In this document: piece after piece, positions 10,795-22,479 of the stretch
How positions within the stretch are numbered: position 1 is the stretch's first letter
How the letters are laid out: every line of letters begins with the position of its first letter
NCBI RefSeq assembly: GCF_006345805.1
Contig: NC_043021.1
Coordinates: 7,316,001-7,380,000 of the forward strand
Length of the DNA: 64,000 nucleotides
From: Octopus sinensis
Taxonomy: Eukaryota
Reading direction: 5' to 3'
Position numbers and translations under genes: made by a program
The notes under the pieces: model-generated
The model's database searches: none
What the model saw: only the letters and a program-made list of their open reading frames with translations
What the model was told of the DNA's origin: nothing

Positions 10795-10989
10795 CTGCAT
10801 CCAGGGCATAAACAATTCGACTTTTCAAACTTCTTGAAAGTTCCACTTGTTGCACGTCATAAGCTGCTTTAATTCCGAAAGCAACCATGTCAAGTGGGAA
10901 CTTTAACAATAATAGTTTAAAGACTTCTGACGTGGTCTTTACTGGAAGTCTTCCACGTGCAAGCCTTTGGAAGTTGATCGAGACCTCAT
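10795..10989 (-). pseudogene. Open 64-codon segment with weak similarity to a LINE RT; ends in a consensus splice donor
   Basis: EVSINFQRLARGRLPVKTTSEVFKLLLLKFPLDMVAFGIKAAYDVQQVELSRSLKSRIVYALDA; PLDMVAFGIKAAYD resembles RT PL...F.D.K.A.D; followed by CAG|GTAAGT. Confidence 0.3.
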
Positions 10990-11079
10990 CTTATTTTCTT
11001 TGATGTTTTGCGTCAACTCAGCGTTCTTGCCTTGGGGATCAGTGAAGTTGATAAACATGACTTTATATTATTGTTGCAG

Positions 11080-11192
11080 TCGATAAATAAAGTACCAGTT
11101 ACGCACTGGGGTAGATGTAATCGACTTAATCCCTTTGTCTGTCTTTGTTTGTCCCCTCTATGTTTAGCCCCTTGTGGGCAATAAAGAAATAT
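11080..11192 (+). mobile_element. SINE family B, 5'-truncated
   Basis: GTCGATAAATAAAGTACCAGTTACGCACTGGGG..GCCCCTTGTGGGCAATAAAGAAATA. Confidence 0.8.
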
Positions 11193-11492
11193 AATTATTG
11201 TTGCGGTCGTTTTTGCAGTTGTTCCGTAGTTGTTTTGTAGTTTTTCTTTTTTTATTTTATTTTATTTTATTTTATTTTATTTATTATCATTTAATATTTT
11301 TTGCTGTGATTGTCGCAATGGATGTTCAACACCCCCACCCCCGTTGCTGTTTATGGTCCTCTTTCGACTTTTGCTGTTGTTGCGACAATGAATTTGATTG
11401 GTGTGTTGTTTTTGTAATACTATTCTTCGAATTGTATTGGTGGATGTTTTAGTTTGCGGGACTTTAGACATCCCTTCGAACTTTTAAAATGT

Positions 11493-11651
11493 TTGGAGTG
11501 GCTGTGTGGTAAGTAGCTTGCTTACCAACCACATGGTTCCGGGTTCAGTCCCACTGCGTGGCATCTTGGGCAAGTGTCTTCTACTATAGCTTCGGGCCGA
11601 CCAATGCCTTGTGAGTGGATTTCGTAGACGGAAACTAAAAGAAGCCTGTCG

Positions 11652-11735
<84 letters not shown>

Positions 11736-11945
11736 ATATGTTTGTGTGTCTGTGTTTGTCCCTCTAGCATTGCTTGACAACCAATGCTGGTGTGTTTACG
11801 TCCCCGTCACTTAGCGGTTCGGCAAAAGAGACCGATAGAATAAATACTGGGCTTTCAAAGAATAAGTCCCGGGGTCAATTTGTTCGACTAAAGGTGGTGC
11901 TCCAGCATGGCCGCAGTCAAATGACTGAAACAAGTAAAAGAGTAT
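11493..11945 (+). mobile_element. SINE family A, full length with long internal (AT)n
   Basis: GGAGTGGCTGTGTGGTAAG head; (AT)n 11651-11722; tail GACTGAAACAAGTAAAAGAGTA. Confidence 0.9.
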
Positions 11946-12615
11946 AGGAACGGTCATTGCCCATTCTCCCTGATATCTCTTACGATACCTTCACTCTCAA
12001 CATCTTCGGGATGCTCTTGGAGTTGCACCGCAAATACAAATCGATTTTAAGCTCCGGCCAGTTCTTGATAGGAGATTATTGTCGATTTCACAACATTTCC
12101 CATTCTTCTCTAAGATCATTATGAAATAATTATAATTAATGCCTGTCTCAGGAGATACGTCTTGAATGCCACCTTGGTTACACGCTACACCTACCCAAAA
12201 AAGATAGTTGCAATAAATGTCTATCTGGCTACTTTTTGATTTTTTTCCTTGAGGTCCAAGGACATCGCTGTTCTATTACTCACCTTTTCTAGAGCGTTAC
12301 ACAGAACCCTACATAACCTTTCATATAATTTTCATATACTGCTCTTGTGTACAGTTGTCAACCCTCTTTCGTTTTCTGTTAATGGATTTATAGCAAGTTC
12401 TCCTCGTTACTTCTATGGTCACGTGAGTGTGTCAATGGGGACAGTGTTTGTCTCCCAGTTGCTAATACTCACTTCCAATCTCTGAACCAGAAGCGGGGAG
12501 ACTTTGTCTTTCTTCCTCTTTCCCTACAATCTCGTTTCTATGGAGATAGTGATGCAGATCAACACGCTCGGTTTGCTATAAAACATAGATACATATACAC
12601 ACGTAGATAATAATA

Positions 12616-12663
<48 letters not shown>

Positions 12664-12782
12664 GAGGATTATACAGTATATATGTATTTATATATATTTA
12701 TATAATATATCTATATATATGTGGTGTGTGTGTGTGTGTGTATGAGGATATAATACAGTGTATATATATATAATATATATAG

Positions 12783-12842
<60 letters not shown>

Positions 12843-13906
12843 AAAAACTGAAACTATTCAGATGATGAACACTCGCGTATAAGCATAACATGATACGATT
12901 GGTAAATATGATCATTTTCTAAAATAATTTGTCAATAAATATATTTTCAATGTCTTTTGTCTGTTGAAAGAGGCTGGAAAAAATCCGACGACAACACTTC
13001 TCTTCTGCTCGGTCATTTCCGAAACAAATGCACAACAAAAATGTTTAATAACAATGGTCAAATGCCCAAACTACCTATTGGTTCCTAACTTATTGGCTGT
13101 TAAGCAATAATAATAACGATAATTTTTTTTATATTGGTACAAAGCTGAGAATCTTGGTAAAGGGATAAAATCAATTATATCTCTCTTAGCACTTGGTTGA
13201 TATTTGTCTTTTATTTATCTAGCCCCAAAAGTACGAAAACATATTTGATTTCGGCCATAACTAAATACCGCAAGACATTTTATCTGCGTGTCTTTTGATT
13301 GTCATTCGCCACCTTCCTTTAAAAAAAAGCTGCAATAAAACCCTTAGGGATATTTTTATTAGCCATAGTTCTTGGAAAACTAGTGATCGTCTGCGTTGAC
13401 CATTTTGACATTTAAGAATTTTTTAAAAAAGGCATCATTTTGATAGCGTGTTTGAGGAAAAAGTAACATGAGAATATACGGCTTCCTCGTACCGCACACA
13501 GACTAACTCATATTAGAACTACAAACAACGAGCAATCAAAAGGAAGCTTTATTGAATGTATTAACCACTTCCGGTCGACCAACAACAAGTTTATCTACCA
13601 CCCAATGTTTGAGAAAACATGACCAACTGCTGATATTGCGGTCGTTGGTAAATGTTTTGTAATAAGTGGGCGGGAGAGGGATGCAAGAGAGATGGGAGGA
13701 GAAGGAAAGCCAGGAGGAGAATGCGAGATGTATTGCTTCATCTTGAAACAATTAACTGCAAGTGAGAGGGAGAGGAAGAGAGAGAGAGAGAGAAGAAGAA
13801 AGAAATCTACACACACACACACCACACACACACACATGCACACACACACACGCACACACACACGCACATATGCACACACACACACACGCACACACACGCA
13901 CATATG

Positions 13907-13938
<32 letters not shown>

Positions 13939-14004
13939 TATGCACACACACATACACACACACACGCACATATGCACACACACACGCACACACACGCGCA
14001 CATA

Positions 14005-14035
<31 letters not shown>

Positions 14036-14308
14036 GCACACACAGACGTACACACACACACATAGGGAGAGAGGGAAAAGAGAGAGGAAGAAAGGTGGAA
14101 GAGGCTGACTAGCGGGAAAAAAATGAGTGACAGAAGATGCATGAATGAACGCAAACGTATTTGCGTGTCTAACTTTGTGTGTGTAGATATTACATTATCA
14201 GCTGTAAAGCGACGTAAGTGATTCGGGGCCTAACGCTCTATTATAGATATATATTTGAGAAGAAGACCACAACTGAGACCAGCGAGTAATGGATTAAAAT
14301 GATTGCTT

Positions 14309-14690
14309 TGTGGAGGCGCAATGGCCCAGTGATTAGGGCAGCGGACTCGCGGTCATAGGATCGTGGTTTCGATTCCCAGACCGGGCGTTGTGAGTGTTTA
14401 TTGAGCGAAAACACCTAAGCTCCACGAGGCTCCGGCAGGGGATGGTGGTGATCCCTGCTGTACTCTTTCACCACAACTTTCTCTCACTCTTACTTCCTGT
14501 TTTGTTGTACCTGTATTTCAAAGGGCCGCCTTGTCACTCTCTGTGTCACGCTGAATATCCCCGAGAACTACGTTAAGGGTACACGTGTCTGTGGAGTGCT
14601 CAGCCACTTGCACGTTAATTTCACGAGCAGGCTGTTCCGTTGATTTGGATCAACCGGAACCCTCATCGTCGTAACCGACGGAGTGCTTCC
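14309..14690 (+). mobile_element. SINE family C, full length
   Basis: TGTGGAGGCGCAATGGCCCAGTGATTAGGGCAGCGGACTCGCGG..GTTTCGATTCCC head; tail CGTCGTAACCGACGGAGTGCTTCC. Confidence 0.9.
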
Positions 14691-14892
14691 GAAAATGATT
14701 GCTTCATGGTTGGAATGATTACAGGTACGCTCAGTTTGGTGTGGTGCTAGTTGCATCGATGAATGGATGGCAGAAGGGAAACATGTGGAGCATCTTAACT
14801 CAAAACTAACATGTAGACGCAGGACTGGATGTGCGGTTAAGGAGCACGCTTTGCAACCAGCTGTTTTTAGGTTCAGTCCCACTGCATAGTAC

Positions 14893-15125
14893 CTATTTCT
14901 TTAATACCCACAAGGGGCTAAACACAGAACGGACAAACAAGGACAGACAAACAGATTAAGTCGATTACATTGATCCCAGTGCGTAATTGGTACTTATTTA
15001 ATCGACCCCGAAAGGATGAAAGGCAAAGTCGACCTCGGCGGAATTTAAACTCACAACGTAACGACAGACGAAATACGGCTACGCATTTCGCCCGGTGTGC
15101 TAATGTTTCTGCCAGCTCGCCGCCT
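14893..15125 (-). mobile_element. SINE family B copy
   Basis: Reverse complement of the family B head, core and tail 1. Confidence 0.85.
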
Positions 15126-15127
15126 AT

Positions 15128-15392
15128 TGGTAGCTCGCCGCGTGTCTTCTACTATAGTACCAGGCCGACTAATGCCTTGAATTTGGTAGACACAAACTGT
15201 GCGGTAGCCCCCATACGTGTGTGTATCGTGTGTCTTTGTATGTGTACATGTGTGTGTCATCGTGTTTGTGTTTTCCCCACCTCGCCTAATAACCAGTGTT
15301 GGTTTCTTTATGTCCCCATAAACTAGCGGTTTGGCAAAGAGACCGATAGAAAAAAATAAGTCGATCTGGGGTCCAGTGACTGAAACAAGTAA
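15128..15392 (+). mobile_element. SINE family A, truncated
   Basis: GTGTCTTCTACTATAG..GAGACCGATAGAA..GTGACTGAAACAAGTAA. Confidence 0.7.
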
Positions 15393-15559
15393 GAGACAAA
15401 AATCCCTCACGGCGAGGGTGCCGTGCACCACAGCCGAAGGGCCTGACACCGTCGGTGTCGTAACAGTTGGGATATTCAGTCGACAAATGATGAAGAAAAA
15501 AAACTTATAGTGTCAGCTGTATGTATTACCTTTTACTTTTTTTGTTTTGTTTTAGTCTT

Positions 15560-15880
15560 TACTATAGTAAAGAACGTTACTATAAAGTTCTTAATAGTTA
15601 TTGATCGTTTATCTGCTTTTGTTTCTAATTATTGTAGAAATGTTGATTATCTGGTTCTTTTAAGACCATTTCCCTCCGGTGGGTCTTGTCCATTGTTATA
15701 ATGGCTCCTCCTTTGTCAACTTCTTTAACTATAAATGAATTTTTCTGTAGACATTCCAATGCTTTTTGTTCTCCATTCAAAATGTTTGGTTTTATTTGGT
15801 CTGTTGGAATATTTGAGTTTGCAGATCTTTTCAAACACATTATGTATCCCTCTAAATATTTATTCCTGTTCATTGGAGTT
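15560..15880 (-). mobile_element. Penelope-like element RT N-terminal remnant
   Basis: KPNILNGEQKALECLQKNSFIVKEVDKGGAIITMDKTH matches the PLE motif NL...E..AL..L.....IIK.ADKG.AVVIMD. Confidence 0.75.
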
Positions 15881-15959
15881 TAAATAATGTTTTGTTTTTC
15901 ACAAGTGATGTGTGTGCGTGTGTGTGTGTGTAGTTTGGCACCTAGGATTCTATACTGTT

Positions 15960-16500
15960 TTCTCCCCCATCCTTCTCTAATTCCCTTTTCTCCCCTTTAC
16001 CGTTTTCTATCTGTCTCGCTCTCCCCTCTTTCTCTTTTTCTCTCGTTGCTCAAACGTTACTAACGTTAATCTTTCTTTTCCTCGTGTGACCATCTTTGTT
16101 TTCCTGCACGATGTCCTAAGGACTGGACGTCTTCTATATTTTCTCTTAACAGAGAAAATATTTCTCCCAGCGTTCACCATTTTCCCCTCGTTCTGGTCAA
16201 ACGATCCACCATGTTTGTTTTCGTTCGGTTTCCTTGTATGTCTCCATTGTCATGTTTTTGTTCCAAACTTTGACCCTCCATAAATAAAAAATTTTGGTAT
16301 TTATGGGAGCAACTGTCTTGAATGCTCGAAATGGAGAGTGAATAGACAGCCGGCAACTGATGAAGGATCATTTTTTGTGTTACTTGTCCTGTTTTCCATT
16401 TTCATCTCTCGTTGTTAGCGTATTTAAATCGTTTATTTTCGTACTTCATGTTGTTTACTGTTGGTGATGAGCTCTACCCATAAATGCATATATATATATA
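15960..16500 (+). mobile_element. pLTR-like T-rich module, inverted relative to the adjacent PLE RT
   Basis: GCTCAAACGTTA at ~16047; 16265-16500 homologous to 7435-7700(-) and 21711-21845(+). Confidence 0.45.
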
Positions 16501-16850
16501 CATATATATCATTTATATTTTATATGTGCGTGTGTGTGTGTGTGTTTATGAATATATGTGTGTGTGTGTGTTTTAATACCCGTATGTATGTATGTGTATG
16601 TATGTGTATGTATGATGTATGTATGTATGTATGTATGTATGTGTATGTATGTATGTATGCATGCATGCATGCATGTATGTATGTATGTATGTATGTATGT
16701 ATGTATGTATGTATGTATGTATGTATGTATGTATGTATGTATGTATGCATGCATGCATGCATGTATGTATGTATGTATGCATGCATGTATGTATGCATGC
16801 ATGTATGTATGTATGCATGTATGTATGCATATATTCATATTTATGTACAC
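16480..16850. repeat. (ATGT)n/(ATGC)n microsatellite
   Basis: Direct reading. Confidence 0.9.
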
Positions 16851-17133
16851 AAATATTTAACGATTTTTCCACCTTGATGAAGGTGGCTGGTTTTACAGTA
16901 ATGTTTATCCGAATCTCTACTGGTGATATGTTCTTGATGTTTTGCACACTCCATCTACCAATAACGAACGTTACAAAAATTACATAATTCCGAGTTCCCA
17001 GAAACAGCTGTCGGACTTAAAATACCATACCATAACTCCTCCACTCAGTTTTCTTTATTTATTGTACTGTATGTAAATTTATTTATTTTAAAGATGTATA
17101 AATATCTATGTGCTTATACAGGGCTCCTTTTTT

Positions 17134-17538
17134 CTTTTATTCCTTTACTTGTTTCAGTCATTTGACTGCGGCCATGCTGGGGCACTGCCTTGAGGGGTTT
17201 AAGTCGAACAAATCGACCCCCAGGACTTATTTTTTTTAAAGCCCAGTACTTATTTCATCGGTCCTTTTTGCAGAACCGTTATGTTACGAGACGTAAGCAC
17301 ACCAACACCGATTGTCAGGTGGTTATGGGGAACAAACGCAGACGCAAAGACACATACCTAAATATATACATGTATATATACAACGCGCTACATTCAGTTT
17401 CCGTCTACCAAATCCACTCAAAAGGCTTTGGTCGGCCGAGGCTATAGTAGGAGGCACTTGCCCAAGGTACCACATAGTGGGACTGAACCCAGAACCATGT
17501 AGTTGGGAAGCAAGCTTCTTACCATACAGCCATGAATG
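17134..17538 (-). mobile_element. SINE family A copy
   Basis: Reverse complement of family A, tail at 17134, head at 17538. Confidence 0.85.
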
Positions 17539-17629
17539 CAGCTATATACAATCGTTCATCTGATGAATATTTTCAGCTTTTATTTATCTCTCTATATATA
17601 TCCATAAATATATATATATATATATCCAA

Positions 17630-17677
<48 letters not shown>

Positions 17678-17694
17678 ATATATACACACATATA

Positions 17695-17860
17695 TACGAC
17701 GGGCTCCTTTTAGTTTCCGTCAACCAAATCCACTCACAAGGCTTTGGTCGGCCCGAGGCTATAGTAGAAGATACTTGCTCAAGGTGCCACGCAGGGGGAC
17801 TGAACTCGGAACCATGTGGTTCGTAAGCAAGCTACTTACCACACAGCCACTCCTACGCCT
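17695..17860 (-). mobile_element. SINE family A, 5' half ending in (AT)n
   Basis: ACGACGGGCTCC..CACAGCCACTCCTACGCCT. Confidence 0.85.
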
Positions 17861-17957
17861 ATATATACACAAATACATACATACATATATATATACATAA
17901 ATACATATATTATATATACATATATATATACATATATATAATTACATTATAATATAC

Positions 17958-18013
<56 letters not shown>

Positions 18014-18027
18014 GTGTCCGCGATTTG

Positions 18028-18062
<35 letters not shown>

Positions 18063-18497
18063 AGCGTGTGCGTGTACGAGTGTGCTTTCGTGCGTGTATG
18101 TGTGTTGTGGGGAAAGTGTTAGGGAAGCCGAGATAAAGAGAGAGAGAGCAGGGGAAGGGGGAGAATATGAAGATGAGATAATTGATTAGAGACGGAAGGA
18201 GCCTCTGTTTTACACACCCTAAGTATCCCCTGGTGGGTAGTTTACTTATTGAATTAACCACAAATATGTGTTCTGTGGCAAAATATTTATCCCACCGTCT
18301 CTTCAGCTAAAACTACCATAATCACCATCACCACCATTAGCATCGTCATCATCGAAGCTGCCATCGCCATTAGAAAAAAAATGGGATGATTCTCTTCCCA
18401 GCTGGCACGTGCGATGGTAATGTACCTAACTTGTATGTGCGCGTATGTAGCACGCTTATAAAAGTACAAAGAGAAACACGTGCGTGTATATATATGT

Positions 18498-18922
18498 ACT
18501 CTTTTACTCTGTTACTCTTTTACTTGTTTCAGTCATTTGACTGCGGCCATGCTGGAGCACCGCCTTTAGTCGAGCAAATCGACCCCAGGACTTATTCTTT
18601 GTAAGCCCAGTACTTATTCTATCGGTCTCTTCTTGCCGAACCGCTAAGTTACGGGGACGTAAACACACCAGCATCGGTTGTCAAGCAATGCTAGGGGGAC
18701 AAACACAGACACACAAACATACACACGCATATATATATATATTACATACATATATACGACGGGCTTCTTTCAGTTTCCGTCTACCAAATTCACTCACAAG
18801 GCTTTGGTTGGCCCGAGGCTATATAGTAGAAGACACTTGCCCAAGATGCCACGCAGTGGGACTGAACCCGGAACCATGTGGTTGGTAAGCAAGCTACTTA
18901 CCACACAGCCACTCCTGCGCCT
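18498..18922 (-). mobile_element. SINE family A, full length, low divergence
   Basis: Nearly identical to 56735-57137 and 9-407. Confidence 0.9.
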
Positions 18923-18944
18923 ATGTACGTATGTATAAAAGGGT

Positions 18945-19215
18945 AAAGACCCCTTCGGTCATGAGTGACCATGGGATTGCACCTAGAAAGTTACCCTCCT
19001 AGACACAAGTCCGGGCAAGGTTGTTTATGGAAGGCTAGCAGTCGCCCATGCATACCAGCCTCCCCTCTCCACGTCACCAGTGTTATCCAAGGGAAAGACA
19101 AAGGTCGATACAGCTTGGCACCAGTGACGTCGCAACTCATTTCTACAGCTGAGTGAACTGGAGCAACGTGAAATAAAGTGCCTTGCTCGAGAACACAACA
19201 CGCAGCCCGGTCCGG
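18945..19215 (-). mobile_element. SINE family D, head truncated
   Basis: AAAGACCCCTTCGGTCATG..GAACACAACACGCAGCCCGGTCCGGG. Confidence 0.85.
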
Positions 19216-19357
19216 GATGTATGTATGTATGTTTGTACGCATGTATGTATGTGCGTATGTACGTATTTATATACGTATGTATATATATAATAAATTAATA
19301 AATAAAATAAAACATATGCATATATACATACATATATGTACGTACCTACCTCTACAT

Positions 19358-19467
19358 GTATATATACATGCATATATAGGTACAAGACACAAAAAAAAAA
19401 AGTCGATCACATTCATCTCGACGTTTTTTTTTTGGTGTCCTGTACCCATATATGCATGTATATATAT
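19358..19467. repeat. Foldback hairpin built from two inverted pLTR-like termini
   Basis: ~47 bp arms TATATACATGCATATATAGGTACAAGACAC(A)nGTCGA / TCGACG(T)nGGTGTCCTGTACCCATATATGCATGTATATA, 11 nt loop. Confidence 0.75.
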
Positions 19468-19514
19468 CGAAACCGCGATCCTTCGATCGCGAGTTCGCTG
19501 CCCTTGCGCCTCCA

Positions 19515-19782
19515 CAAACGCACACACACACGCGCACACACACACGCACACACACACACATACACACACACACGCACACACACACACGCACACACACACA
19601 TACACACACATACACACGCACACACACATACACACACACACGCGCACACACACACACACGCACGCGCGCACGCACGCACACACACACAGACACACACACA
19701 CACACACATACACACGCACACACACACATACACACGCACACACACACACACATACACGCACACACGCACACACACACACACG

Positions 19783-19824
<42 letters not shown>

Positions 19825-19825
19825 T
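19515..19825. repeat. (AC)n/(ACGC)n microsatellite
   Basis: Direct reading. Confidence 0.9.
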
Positions 19826-20216
19826 ATATATATTAAATTTTTTTATAATTATGAGTTTTATTATAATTAGGCTGCAGCAAAAAGTTTGCTTCACTACATA
19901 CAGAAATTTAGAAATAGCAGTTAAAACTAGCTAATTCTCTACCATAAGAAAATCTCCCAGACAACAATACTCAACAACCCACGCAGGCAAAGAGAAAAAA
20001 ATAACGAATCCACCCGGCTTTGATTAACTGTAGACGCGTTTCGGAGTTGGATAGATGTGAAAAATGTAAAAAGCACATGTCCACTCGATCACTCTCACTC
20101 TTGATCAGATAAATATGTTTAATTTTTAGAGTGCTCTCAAATTTAAAATCTTGAAATACTGTACTGAATTAGCGGTTAAGCGAAGCTAACTTTTTGGTTA
20201 GCTGTGCCCACCACTG

Positions 20217-20251
<35 letters not shown>

Positions 20252-20257
20252 TTCAAA

Positions 20258-20458
20258 ATGTGACCGCGTGTGTACCGTTGGCGATTTTTTTCCCTCTGTC
20301 TTCCCTTCTCTTGATCTTTCCTTCTCCTATGTTTCCGACGAAGAGCTCCGCTCGAAACGGTAGACCTTCCTTCTTTCCTGAGTGTCCAATAATACTATAT
20401 TTGTTCCACGTCCTCGCGTTGTTGTGTTTTTTTGTGCTTTCATGTTTGGATTAACTAT
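20258..20458 (+). mobile_element. pLTR-like module with minimal hammerhead-like motif (close homologue of 29524-29728)
   Basis: GTTT CCGACGA A GAGC TCC GCTC GAAAC GGT AGAC at 20331-20365, T-rich flanks, embedded in (AT)n. Confidence 0.6.
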
Positions 20459-20656
20459 ATATATATATATATATGTATATATATAGCCCGAGGTTATAGT
20501 CGAAAACACTTGCCCAAGGTAGCACGCAGTGGGACTGGTCCGGAACCATATAGTTGGGAAGCAACCGTCTTACCGCACAGCCACGCCATGGCTGAAAATC
20601 TTTGTTAATAACGAGCCTAAACGCGAACCTAACATAAACTTTACAAGACGAGTTCA

Positions 20657-21022
<366 letters not shown>

Positions 21023-21312
21023 GCGGTGAGTACGTACTTTCCCAACGATATTACTGCATTCTTATGCGGTCCCTTATGTATTTCTCTCGAAAGATTTTTA
21101 TGTAGACATATTATTGTACTGCGTGTACTTAAAAAGCTGTTATTTTTATGCATGGAAGTGGTTGTATTCTTTTTTATTTATTTTTTTATTTTTGTAGTTT
21201 ATCTTTTTTTCAAAAAAACAAAAAAAAAATTCGTCAGAATACATCTCAGTTACTAGCACGGAAATCATTGAGAAATTTTTTCGCTTTACAGAATTATACG
21301 CAAACGCGGCAT

Positions 21313-21365
<53 letters not shown>

Positions 21366-21423
21366 ATATATGTATTATGTATATGTATATGAATATATAT
21401 ATGTATGATATATATGTATGTAT

Positions 21424-21469
<46 letters not shown>

Positions 21470-21511
21470 ATATTCATATCATATTTATATATTATAATAT
21501 ATATATATTTC

Positions 21512-21589
<78 letters not shown>

Positions 21590-21710
21590 GCTTCTTAAAG
21601 TTCCGTCAACCAAATCCACTCACAAGGCTTTGGTCGGCCGAGGCTATAGAAGAAGACACTTGCCCTAGGTAGCACGCTGTGGGAGTGGTCCCGGAACTTA
21701 TTTGTTCCCT

Positions 21711-21845
21711 TATGGGGTCGTTCTTTGTGTTACTTGTCTTGTTTTCCATGTTTTTCTCGTTGTTTGCGTGCTGAACTCATTTGTTTTCGTATTTCATGTT
21801 GTTTATTGTTGGTGTCGTCCTGTACCCATATATGCATGCATGTAT
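21711..21845 (+). mobile_element. 3' part of the T-rich pLTR-like module
   Basis: GGGGTCGTTCTTTGTGTTACTTGTC..GTCCTGTACCCATATATGCATG. Confidence 0.5.
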
Positions 21846-22069
21846 GTGTGTGCGTTGGGTCCTTTTTGGAACTTTCACCTCGAGTGGAGCACATCGACTC
21901 GAAATATGCATCAAACATGATATGTCCGTGTCAAAACACTTTCTATCAGCATCCCAAAAGATGGTTTTATAGTTGCTAGCATCCCTGGTCGAAACATTGA
22001 TATCTGCTGTAATTGCTCGCTGAAACAGTATTGCGAGCATAAGCGTTGAGGACGAAGACGGCGTGCCAA

Positions 22070-22400
22070 AAAAGATGTTGATTGTTGTGTGACGGGATCT
22101 AAGGAAATGGAAGCAATTGGAATGTAGAGCGGTTCTATCTTCTGCCCTGTAGACCATCACCAGCAGCAGCGACCGCTTCGGAGGCGAGTAACTTGTTTGA
22201 CGTCAACGGCGTTCCATCTCTTCGAAGAGGTCAGCGTAGGAACTGAGTTCATTACGGACTCCACTTGGCTCCATCTTGATAAGGAAGAAGACATGTTTGG
22301 CATGGACGTCATAGCACTGACCATATGGCATGGCAAAACCCATTTTGGCGCCATCACACTTGACAACGGACATTTTGAGAGCGGCAAATAACATGTTTAA
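22070..22400 (-). mobile_element. Possible decayed HERO-like (REL) non-LTR fragment
   Basis: Frameshifted CPLSSVMA.. / ..GVRN.. / VPTLTSSKRWNAVD loosely recall LP.SS..EEFK...VR.A.PTL.TGRKW.A; weak. Confidence 0.25.
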
Positions 22401-22479
22401 GTTATTCAATTAATTAATTAGTCATTAATTATTTCATCAGTATTGCAATTTTCATTCTGACCTTTTAAAATCTGAGTTT

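Noticed and set aside
12278-12400. Minus-strand donor AAG|GTGAGT at ~12285 and similar donor at ~55692
   Set aside because: All upstream frames contain stops close to the donor and there is no clear acceptor
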